DNA of 56,829 nucleotides. It comes from a virus. This document shows, one piece after another, positions 27,101 through 33,613 of this stretch (its first letter is position 1; the number at the start of each line of letters is the position of its first letter). Made by a program: the position numbers and the translations under genes. A model generated the notes under the pieces. That model saw nothing but the letters and a program-made list of their open reading frames with translations. It did not search any database and had not been told where the DNA came from. Location: the IMG/VR virus record IMGVR_UViG_3300036944_000909. One strand, given 5' to 3'.

Positions 27101-30100
27101 AGGTCCGCCCCGAGGTAGCCGTCAGCCTGCGCAAGGCTGAGCATGGCCTCGGCTTGTGCAGCAGCCTCCTCTGCCTGCGCCTCTCGCGTGTCGCGATACT
27201 GTCCCGTCGAGAGCCAGTAGAACGCCCGCTGTTCAGGCCGCTCGTCGATCTCGGACTGGACTTCGCGACGGACCTCGCGTTCTTCTTCCTGATAAACATT
27301 CGTCAGGCGGCGCGTATGTTGCTCAATGAGCAGGGCGGAATGTCGGGCTTTCGCCAGATCGCGCGCTGCGGCGTACCGCTCGCGCATTCGAACCATAAAC
27401 TTCTCTTTGCGTTCCGGCTTCCACAGGCCCTTCGGGTCCAGCTTCGCGATGATGGATTTCGCCATCGTCTCGCCATCGGCAACGAAGCCAGCGTGAACAG
27501 CATTGATCGCCTCATCGCTCGCCAGCGAGCGGTCAAAGACCTGACGGATTTCGGCAGGCACGATCAGGTCGATGATCTCTTGCGTCTTCAGCCGCTTCCC
27601 CGCCGCCCTCTCTGCGGCGTCGATCTTCGCCCGCGTCTCCGGGCCGACATCGCGGATGGCCGCAGACATACCGAGCTTCATGGCTTTGTAGACGCTCAGC
27701 ATCCACTGTTTGATTGTCTCGAATACAGACCGCAGCGCAGTTGTGGGCGCCTGACCCGTCATGAAGTAAACGCCGTAAGCTTCGGCAAATGTCTCGTGAA
27801 GCTTGCGCCCCTCGGCAGTGATGAAGCCCGTCTCGGGGTCGTACATATTGCTCCATTCGGGATGGAGCCCATGCCAGTTCAGGATCGCCGCCCAATGACC
27901 GATGATATACGGATTGGCATCCTCACGCCGGGACATGCGCCAGACGATGTCGAGATATTCGTGCGCCCCTTCGTGCAAGAGCGTATCGAGACGCTGGCTC
28001 TCGAATAGGGTTGTCTTGCGCTTGATCGTCGCCGTCTGCGCCTGGAACTCGCCACGGTTGCCAGGGGACGCCAGCGCAGCCTTCCGCTCCTCGATCTTCG
28101 CCTTGTTCTTGCTGGCGAGCGCCTTGACGCGGTTCAGCGCCGTTTCGGTATCCACATCAGGATACAGCGCCGCCGCAATCTGGGGGTTCTTCACGCCCCG
28201 CGCACGAAGCTCGATCAGCCGCTGCGTGACCGGCGACATGCCCCTGTCGTTGAAATGCGGCTTCTGCGAATCATACCCACGCTCGCGGGAACGGAACAGC
28301 CAGCGCTTCACATCGTCGGCAGAGACAACCGCATCGGGCTCGACCGCGTTCATCCGCTCCGCAATCGCCTCATTGCTGAGACCGTCACGCGCGCCCTTCC
28401 ACGCTTCGAACTCCTGCGGGGAAAGCTCCTTGGAAGCAAACTCAAGTTCCACATCTCCGGGCGGGTTGGCCGTGCGCACCATGCTTTGGGCGATGGCGCC
28501 GCTATCCTCTGTCCACGTTCCACCCAGAACGATTGGCGCGAACTCGTCCTTGTAAAGCTGCTCGGGATCGACTTCCTGACCTGACGCCGCCGACATGCGC
28601 TGCGCCAGTGTCACGACCTTCGCTGCACGCTCCTCGGCATACGTCTCCGATGTCTCGGCATTGTAGACGCCAAGGTCGGCAATCTGCTGGCGGATCGTAT
28701 TGCGCAGCCGATCCTCGGCATCCGCAAAAGCCTGCTCGCGCTCACCAACTTCGGCCCGCGCCTGCATGGCCTCTTCAAATGCCGCCTTTGCGGCTTCACT
28801 CTCGCGTGCCGTGCTATCGTCCAGCGAGAACTTCATGTCCGCGCTGAGCGCCTGGTCGATCACATCACCAGAAACACCAATGTCCTTCTTGGCTGTCACC
28901 AGCGCGGCAGCATAGTTGCCTGTCGGCACAGCGACGAAATCGCCAGTGTCCATCGCGGTTGTGATTGTCTCAGCTTCAATGCGCCATGCCGTTGCAAGTT
29001 GCTCAACCGTGACGCCCTTTTCCTGCGCCAGCGAGCGGATGGCCTCGGGGTCAATCAACAGGTTCTCACGCGGCCCGCCAGCCAACGCCTGCGCAGCGAC
29101 CTCGCGATACTTGTCCGCGCCGACCGTCCCGCGCTTCAGCAGCTTGGACGAGTTGGCGTTGTTCTTCATGTCCGTCAGGTAGTTGGCGCGAGCTTCAGCA
29201 CGCTTCTGTCTCGCGTTCCTGTCGATCTGGTCGCCCGCAGCCTGCATCCCCTGCGCGACCGTGGTCGTGACGCCTGACATGATGGTGGACGCAACCAGCG
29301 TCTCAAGGGCGGCGTTCGGACGCTCAGCCAGGAACTCGCCCAGCGTCTTGTCGGGGTTCAGTTCGATAAACGTCGAGGCGTCCTGAAGGAACGTCGCCGC
29401 CTGTTCGGTGATGCCTTCAGCCGCAGCCTGACGGAAGAACGTCTTTGCGAACGAGCTATCCTTTGCCAGATCGTCCACGAGGAACTTCAGCGGGATGAAC
29501 TCGGTCGCAGTCTCGATGCCGCCTTGCGTCAGGGCGTAGCGGAAGGCATCGCCCAGCGACTTGCCCTCGTCCCGCGCCTCACCATAGGCGCCGCCCGCAG
29601 TCGTCGCTCCCATCGATCCAGAGCCCACCACGGGGCTTTTCGTGACCGCCGTGATGGCGAGCGAGACAAGCGTGGATGGGGCCGACTGCGCCGCGCCATA
29701 GATACCGCGCTCAAGCCACGTCTCGCCTACAGGCGCGTTCGCCTTGCCCTGCGCGGCCATCTCCTGCCGCTTCATGTCGGCCATGAGCGAGCGCTGGACC
29801 TGCTCGTTCACCAGCCCGAACTTGCCGGGGAACCAGTCGGGGAGCGCCTTGTAGATCGACGCATTGGCATCGCCAAGCATCTGGTCGAGGCCGTAAAGCT
29901 GCTCGGGGATCTTGTCCACGAAGCCGGATTGCAGCGCCTGCCCGGTCTTCTCCAGCGACAGATTGCCGGGGCTGAAGAATGCCTGCGTTTGCTCCCACCA
30001 GCCGAGGCTCTCGACATCGTCGTGGGCGACTTCCAGGTTGGCGGGGTTGTAGTCCAGCCATGCGCGGAGCTTCGGGGCGGTCTTCCGCAGTTCATCGATC

Positions 30101-30735
30101 GCCTGCGCACGGTCCACCGCAACGAACGTGTCGCGGTTGCGCTCGACCTCAAGACGATTCACACCCTGCCGTTCGGCAAGGTCAGCATCGATCGCCGCCT
30201 GATCCGCGTTCGGCGCATTGAGCATCCGAGCGCGTAGCTCGCGCGTGCTGTCGCCTTCCTTCCGAATACGCAGCCGGTCGCGGATATCGGATATCGTCTG
30301 ATCCGAGAGACCGCCTTCACCGCCGGGCCCGCCAGAGCCCATGCCTGCGCTGCCGCTATCGCCCTCGGGGGCAGCAGGGCGCGCCAGATCCTCAGTCCAT
30401 TCGCCAACCTGACCGAAGCCCGTTTCGTCACGGACGGGGTCGTCCAGGTCTGGCTCAACCAATCGATTGAACACACCACCCGGCAGGGCGTCCGCATTTG
30501 GCTGCGGGTCGCCATTTGTCCTGACCCGCCAGCCGCCCGTCACGGGCTCGGGAATGTTGATCGGTGACGTCCCGCCGTTGGGGTCGAACCGTTTGACCGG
30601 CGTGTTCATCAGATCCTTGAGCTTGGCGGCGGCGGCTTCGCGATAGCGCCTGGCTTCTTCAGCCTCGACCTGCTCAGTGATGTCGTCCGCGGCCCCCGCA
30701 GCACGCGAGGCAGATGAGAATGGGATAACTGGCAT
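21160..30735 (-). CDS. Giant (3191 aa) internal virion / ejection protein, probably a multidomain polyvalent protein
   Basis: Single uninterrupted ORF in the position of T7 gp16. HEGAH zincin-like motif at 27961-27975. Two sigma-r4/LuxR-like HTH segments at 28096-28425. C-terminal hydrophobic helices (AIWAMNMGVLMVVPVIGSMAVAAMM and VAFLIGPLGLFGQLGSAVAGFG). Confidence 0.8.
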   Translation of the reverse strand: MPVIPFSSASRAAGAADDITEQVEAEEARRYREAAAAKLKDLMNTPVKRFDPNGGTSPINIPEPVTGGWRVRTNGDPQPNADALPGGVFNRLVEPDLDDPVRDETGFGQVGEWTEDLARPAAPEGDSGSAGMGSGGPGGEGGLSDQTISDIRDRLRIRKEGDSTRELRARMLNAPNADQAAIDADLAERQGVNRLEVERNRDTFVAVDRAQAIDELRKTAPKLRAWLDYNPANLEVAHDDVESLGWWEQTQAFFSPGNLSLEKTGQALQSGFVDKIPEQLYGLDQMLGDANASIYKALPDWFPGKFGLVNEQVQRSLMADMKRQEMAAQGKANAPVGETWLERGIYGAAQSAPSTLVSLAITAVTKSPVVGSGSMGATTAGGAYGEARDEGKSLGDAFRYALTQGGIETATEFIPLKFLVDDLAKDSSFAKTFFRQAAAEGITEQAATFLQDASTFIELNPDKTLGEFLAERPNAALETLVASTIMSGVTTTVAQGMQAAGDQIDRNARQKRAEARANYLTDMKNNANSSKLLKRGTVGADKYREVAAQALAGGPRENLLIDPEAIRSLAQEKGVTVEQLATAWRIEAETITTAMDTGDFVAVPTGNYAAALVTAKKDIGVSGDVIDQALSADMKFSLDDSTARESEAAKAAFEEAMQARAEVGEREQAFADAEDRLRNTIRQQIADLGVYNAETSETYAEERAAKVVTLAQRMSAASGQEVDPEQLYKDEFAPIVLGGTWTEDSGAIAQSMVRTANPPGDVELEFASKELSPQEFEAWKGARDGLSNEAIAERMNAVEPDAVVSADDVKRWLFRSRERGYDSQKPHFNDRGMSPVTQRLIELRARGVKNPQIAAALYPDVDTETALNRVKALASKNKAKIEERKAALASPGNRGEFQAQTATIKRKTTLFESQRLDTLLHEGAHEYLDIVWRMSRREDANPYIIGHWAAILNWHGLHPEWSNMYDPETGFITAEGRKLHETFAEAYGVYFMTGQAPTTALRSVFETIKQWMLSVYKAMKLGMSAAIRDVGPETRAKIDAAERAAGKRLKTQEIIDLIVPAEIRQVFDRSLASDEAINAVHAGFVADGETMAKSIIAKLDPKGLWKPERKEKFMVRMRERYAAARDLAKARHSALLIEQHTRRLTNVYQEEEREVRREVQSEIDERPEQRAFYWLSTGQYRDTREAQAEEAAAQAEAMLSLAQADGYLGADLKEAAEWIAARAKGLDMSDAARNARAKEMGFTAKGFHETTEDSAVGIISGFELNRRRAATGDHIMPVGVFTKPTAGKIGIGKVQVPLLMRLGNNRTFTDRAELEAHLRQDAAYASIVDEMNAADARYKENFNARDAEWRNTERRSPEWRQRSDELNAILSTWEAEINRLGEQARSRATDVLQAEGLNSITVTKDEGSFSRAIKTTVVFNPNDLRSPNAAFDPDKSDSARLLAQGDGDWMGAFLDNYVENPSDRSIQRMVRKMFSQGTPPAVRLLRYDGKTIAFDGFNYTHDDAIQLLGAPENAERALIESGDTLETVRWYDAGGSTLAQTVQPTRQLDASAATYWDEPMVLGADDRIFRPGQPDALGFITSAERALANPPKRFKNAKALSADQWRKLMRDGGASKEAFTYQIEPALRALEQEGVTGDIPKSMFEEALARNRTTFTSIEETLATKPKGGLEPINASDAANYSQYVAPGSWTNYTQQQFIMPGLDYRSHNWDASGVVGHIRTTERKVGGETVLHVEELQSDLHQEGARFGYKGERVDAKTLLERAGEDKQRAMLRWIAWQKDNPGKFEFKAGERNPDGSVKRQGGFWTDDAVGAELMREAEAAVQREYDALNAAQQERDTPQPPRAPVENWEEPFVRHILQRAAKDGYKTVTFPTHDSLHEVLRNEGTDKFYDERLPNTLSRVAKSLGVTVGKETLDLGLRVKREKDTDGSTIYSLVNKEGLFVEWVDGADHGKAVIAERSSVPAIQLTPQAITKLAEGVALYQTGDGAGRTTPPPNLPPMRLNLQAVRDQYGEQALAEIPPEVAAFSATANDVDMYLATARDIRKTLNETPPKSLWKYLSTPRNIGQGEGRISYRGIRDTDGEILKIIGEKKAARGLIADPTKDSKRSRSYDMQQAIEAAWEAGYFDGEELPTPAQFLDTLRADIDGQAPRYRRDDIPTVSVIANAERWEAWFDQNDINIHEKDVSVLRAKLAVMLTGQGENAIGPDEAAPFFKMPNGRALLDGLKQGPLRDKLIREETRKRMIERNGDVFRDGTIMAKAEEYARNELQHRQWEIELEALAEAGGQRIATNALKQQAIENLRSKQVREVLNYNQYLTLERRWSEKAIKEKDPAKAAEYAKYRLLNSLQYTEAKKMAEQIEKAVKHAKSFDSKDKRIKLLKAGKDYIQQIDQILEGYEFKSVTRKKERQSLAAWFASKQAAIDPLRDLSGLSEEELMAAQQEEIDRSEAPAVMQADAAVRNYKSLTVEELMAVRDQLDMIEKMARREGALMVEGERRLLSLALDDIEAQAIAAKPEELPPESYASYAPKEKNKRGFKEFFVELRTMQSIVRFIDGIDNGPLAKNTIQKLNRAGAEGVARLRLEEERVVALFRAAYGINVEALRKDQINIPGIPVPLAKMERLTVALYWGTEISRRRIMDGYGWDQATVQRVLDTLDQTDWKFLTSVWDYVNSLYPEATKAHEEVHGVPLSKQPGLPIVTKYGVIQGDYFPIRYNPHQSSRADQQAITDTAKQITGRAGTRKATGSTKERVKGKVTMPVLLDFSITLGAHVNEVVGNIATQKAILDAGRIIAHPRTQKVIVSRHGWVTYKALMSAMRDTRNGLAGPRGPTERIMVRVRNGATNVALGLNIGTVIKQMLGYTTSIVRLGDQRTGPIAGAGWLLRGMVRMGFSASGMQNGTAFILERSPYMRVRMQVMNQAIADQQRRINDGNIKADAKRAIDVASMFMMQRVQWLAVDGPTWLGAYEKFTASGMSEKDAAAGADQIVIDAQGSGEIFQVSAFQRGGPMQRIFTNYITAAIANWNLAVNTTRQTNFRNPGQAAIWAMNMGVLMVVPVIGSMAVAAMMSPGGGDEDEPLEEQYIREQVAFLIGPLGLFGQLGSAVAGFGYNGPQGTRAFEEASKVITETFTGAERVREGTATTKDAIDILRPANMAAGVWFGYPAAALDRFVRGAEALISGRTEDPKALLSGPPRE

Positions 30736-32336
30736 CAGTCACCCACCACGCGCGCAAATTCCGCATCGAGTTCCGCCTTGGTGGGTTCACGGCGCTTCAT
30801 GCGGACGAACTCGGCTCTGATCTCGTTGCGAATGTTGGCGTTCTCGTCATAGGGAGCAGCGGCGCCGGCGCGATCCATCCACGCGTCACGGTCGTTGGTC
30901 GGCAGGCCCATCCACTTGTCGGGCTGGTAGCTACGCAGCGCCCGCGCAACGGCATCGCGCGCTTGATCCACGGTCATCTCTTTGCCGCCCATGGTGGGCG
31001 AAAGCTCTTCGGCAACCTTCCGCAACACACCGCTGAAGGGAATCGAGTCTGTTGGCAGGTTCTTCGGATCAGCTTCAGATCCAATCCGCCACTCCGGAAC
31101 AACACGCTTGGCCTCATCCAGAAGCGCCCGTTCGATGGCGTTTGTCGGCCCGACCTTGGGTCCTTCAAGGCGCATTTTCAGGACTTGCTCGTCCACTGCG
31201 CGCTGATCGGCCTGGGTCATCAGATCATAATAGGCGCGGTGCTGGTCGCTCCACGTCTCTTTGCCGCCCATGAACCGCGCGCCGTCCATCTCCGCCATTG
31301 AGTTGAAAATGAACCTGACATCCTTGCTGCGGTTTTCCGCTGCCGCTCGCTCAGCAGCCGAAAGCTTCGATGCCTCAGCCTCAGCCCTCCGGCGATCTTC
31401 CTCGGTCCTGACGGCGCGGTAGAGCGTGTCACGCCGCGCTGGGTCAATGTCGCCGCGCGCGATAGCCTCGTCCACATGACGATAGCCATTCTTGCCGGCC
31501 ATGACGTCCACCTGGAAGTTGGCGTCGTTGACGTTCCAGCGCTCGTTGCGTTCCTTCTCGATCCGGCTTTTCGCTCTGTTGATCGATGACTTGGCGTCAT
31601 CGACATACGCCTTCGGAATGCCCGCCTTGCCGCCCTCAGCCGCCAGCTTCTCGGCAGTGTCAAACATACCCTGCTCAGCCAGCGCCTCGACCTCGGCTGT
31701 CCAGCGCACCGACCGATCCTTGACGCCCGAGGCAGCAATTTCAGCCTCGTAGCGCGCGACATCATCCGGCCCGACCAGCCCAAGCTCTGCGCTCGACTTG
31801 ATGCCGGCCAGCACAGCAACCTGTTGGGCGGCGCGTGTTTCCGGCGAGATAGACGCGTCACCGGCAGTCGCGTTCAGTTCCGCGATGCTCGTGATGTGAC
31901 CGCCGCGAACCTTTTCCACAGACCGCTTGCGCGAGAGGTCAACCGACCAGTTCTCGCCCTCGCCCTGCCAGCCTTTCGCGCGGTCCATCCACAGCGTGCG
32001 AGCACGTTCGGAGCCGATCTTGCCGGATACGTCCTTGAGGATCGCCTCGGATTCCTGACGCCAGCGATCCGGCAGCGCCACCTCGGGCGTCTCGGCATCG
32101 GCCTCCAGATCGCGCTTGAGGCGGTCCAGACGCGTGCGGGCGTCGATCTCCGCCTTGACGAGTTCCTGGTCGGTCTGGGCCTTCTGGATGCGGCCAGCGA
32201 CTTCTAGTCCGACCTGCCCCACCTTCGTGAGTGCATCGCCCATCGAGTTGTCGGGCGCGAGCGTCGGCTGTTCGATGATGCGCCGGTTTGCCTGCGGGGC
32301 AACCTGCGACTCGTAACGATTCGGTACGGTGGGCAA
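30735..32336 (-). CDS. Internal virion protein (533 aa, helical and charged)
   Basis: Long ORF directly upstream of the giant gene (TGATG overlap). TTG start with no clear RBS, so the start is uncertain. Confidence 0.7.
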   Translation of the reverse strand: MPTVPNRYESQVAPQANRRIIEQPTLAPDNSMGDALTKVGQVGLEVAGRIQKAQTDQELVKAEIDARTRLDRLKRDLEADAETPEVALPDRWRQESEAILKDVSGKIGSERARTLWMDRAKGWQGEGENWSVDLSRKRSVEKVRGGHITSIAELNATAGDASISPETRAAQQVAVLAGIKSSAELGLVGPDDVARYEAEIAASGVKDRSVRWTAEVEALAEQGMFDTAEKLAAEGGKAGIPKAYVDDAKSSINRAKSRIEKERNERWNVNDANFQVDVMAGKNGYRHVDEAIARGDIDPARRDTLYRAVRTEEDRRRAEAEASKLSAAERAAAENRSKDVRFIFNSMAEMDGARFMGGKETWSDQHRAYYDLMTQADQRAVDEQVLKMRLEGPKVGPTNAIERALLDEAKRVVPEWRIGSEADPKNLPTDSIPFSGVLRKVAEELSPTMGGKEMTVDQARDAVARALRSYQPDKWMGLPTNDRDAWMDRAGAAAPYDENANIRNEIRAEFVRMKRREPTKAELDAEFARVVGD

Positions 32337-32382
32337 TGGGCGCTCGAACGGTTATGGTCCGCCCATCGACAGAGGGCAGGAC

Positions 32383-32652
32383 ATGAAGATCAAAGCAGTG
32401 ATGTTGGCTCTGGCGCTGGGTGGATGCGTGACTGAGCCTGACGTTGTGTCAGAAGCGTTTCTCACCCCAGACGGCGCGGCAGGTCACATCGTTTATTGTG
32501 GTGGAGAGGCAACCTCGATTGCCGAATGCTATGATGACGCGCGCAAGATTTGCGGAGGAAACTACCTGCTTATCAGCGAAGATGTCGGAACGCGCATTCT
32601 CACGAACCGGACGTCCACGGAAAACCGCAGCATCAAGATCACCTGCGCCTAG
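32383..32652 (+). CDS. Small Cys-rich lipoprotein (89 aa), an antisense-oriented accessory gene inside the virion operon
   Basis: MKIKAVMLALALGGC has a lipobox. ATG at 32383 after AGGGCAGGA. It is the only + strand gene between 10442 and 46817. Fills a 312-bp gap between - strand genes. Confidence 0.65.
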   Translation: MKIKAVMLALALGGCVTEPDVVSEAFLTPDGAAGHIVYCGGEATSIAECYDDARKICGGNYLLISEDVGTRILTNRTSTENRSIKITCA

Positions 32653-33227
32653 ACCACAGGCTTCTTCATGGTTGTGGTTCCGCCAAACGACTGCGCCCAA
32701 TCAACCTGACTTGCCGAGTTTGCCAGTGACGCCGCGCTGCTGATAGACCCAGCCCGCGTCTGGTTGCGCATGATGTTAGCTTGGGATTTTCCAGTGCGTC
32801 TAGTGGTTTCCGCTTGGTATCTATCCTTGTTGGCGTCATCTTCCGCTCTCGCCATGATCAGAAGCTGATCGATCGACGCCTCGCGGATCGTCTCCGCCTG
32901 CACCGCCATCTCGGATTGATCGGTCGTTGAATTGTTGCCCGCCGCCGCCATCGCCCGGCGCTGTGCCAGGATTTCCCGCGCCTTCTTGCCGATGCGGTCG
33001 GCATTGTAGGAGCCTTCGGCAAGCGTAGACTTGGCCCGCGCCTCGATCTGCGCCGCCTCGATCTGTGCCGATGCATCAGATGCAGACGCTGCCTTGCGGC
33101 CCGCCTTGGCGCTCTCGGAGAGGCCGTAGGCGCCCACGGCCAGAGATCCAACCGCCAGCGTGCCGACAACGGCAGGAGCCGCCATGAATGTGCCGACAGC
33201 GGCGAGTGCAGGAAGAAGAAATGCCAT
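32649..33227 (-). CDS. Internal virion protein (192 aa, N-terminal hydrophobic segment)
   Basis: MAFLLPALAAVGTFMAAPAVVGTLAVGSLAVGAYG followed by a helical region. Position equivalent to T7 gp14. Confidence 0.65.
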   Translation of the reverse strand: MAFLLPALAAVGTFMAAPAVVGTLAVGSLAVGAYGLSESAKAGRKAASASDASAQIEAAQIEARAKSTLAEGSYNADRIGKKAREILAQRRAMAAAGNNSTTDQSEMAVQAETIREASIDQLLIMARAEDDANKDRYQAETTRRTGKSQANIMRNQTRAGSISSAASLANSASQVDWAQSFGGTTTMKKPVV

Positions 33228-33613
33228 CAGTGCTTCCTCACCCGATTACGCAGGTCCAGCTTCCAGTCCGTCCGGGTCATCTGCACGAAGCCCAGATGCT
33301 CCATCCATTCCCGCGCGCGGGGCTGGCTCTCATCACACTGCGCCCAGACTTCCGTGATCTGCTGAACCCCGTCGAACGCAACCGAGGCCAGCGCATCCAG
33401 CGCCTTCACAATCTGCTTGTGGACAGAGCGCGTGCAGTGCTCGTTCCGGCTGAACCCCACCCACCACCGATCGCCAATGGGATAGGCGCAGAACAGGCAA
33501 GCCATTCGCCCCGAGTTCGAGAACCCAGCAAAGCCGCAGATCAGGTGCTCGTCACCAAAGGACCGCTCGCCCCATGCCCGGATGTGAGCCGCGGTGATGT
33601 CCTCGAACATCAT
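33227..33613 (-). CDS. Hypothetical protein (128 aa), possibly acetyltransferase-like
   Basis: Start directly after the upstream stop (MMFEDITAAH...). C-terminal AREWMEHLGF resembles a GNAT C-terminus, but only weakly. Confidence 0.5.
   Translation of the reverse strand: MMFEDITAAHIRAWGERSFGDEHLICGFAGFSNSGRMACLFCAYPIGDRWWVGFSRNEHCTRSVHKQIVKALDALASVAFDGVQQITEVWAQCDESQPRAREWMEHLGFVQMTRTDWKLDLRNRVRKH

Noticed and set aside
21160-30735. N4-type virion RNA polymerase as the identity of the giant ORF.
   Set aside because: The size is comparable, but I could not find the single-subunit RNAP catalytic motifs by eye. The gene sits in the gp16-like ejection-protein slot with C-terminal membrane helices. 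Left as a polyvalent ejection protein pending profile searches.
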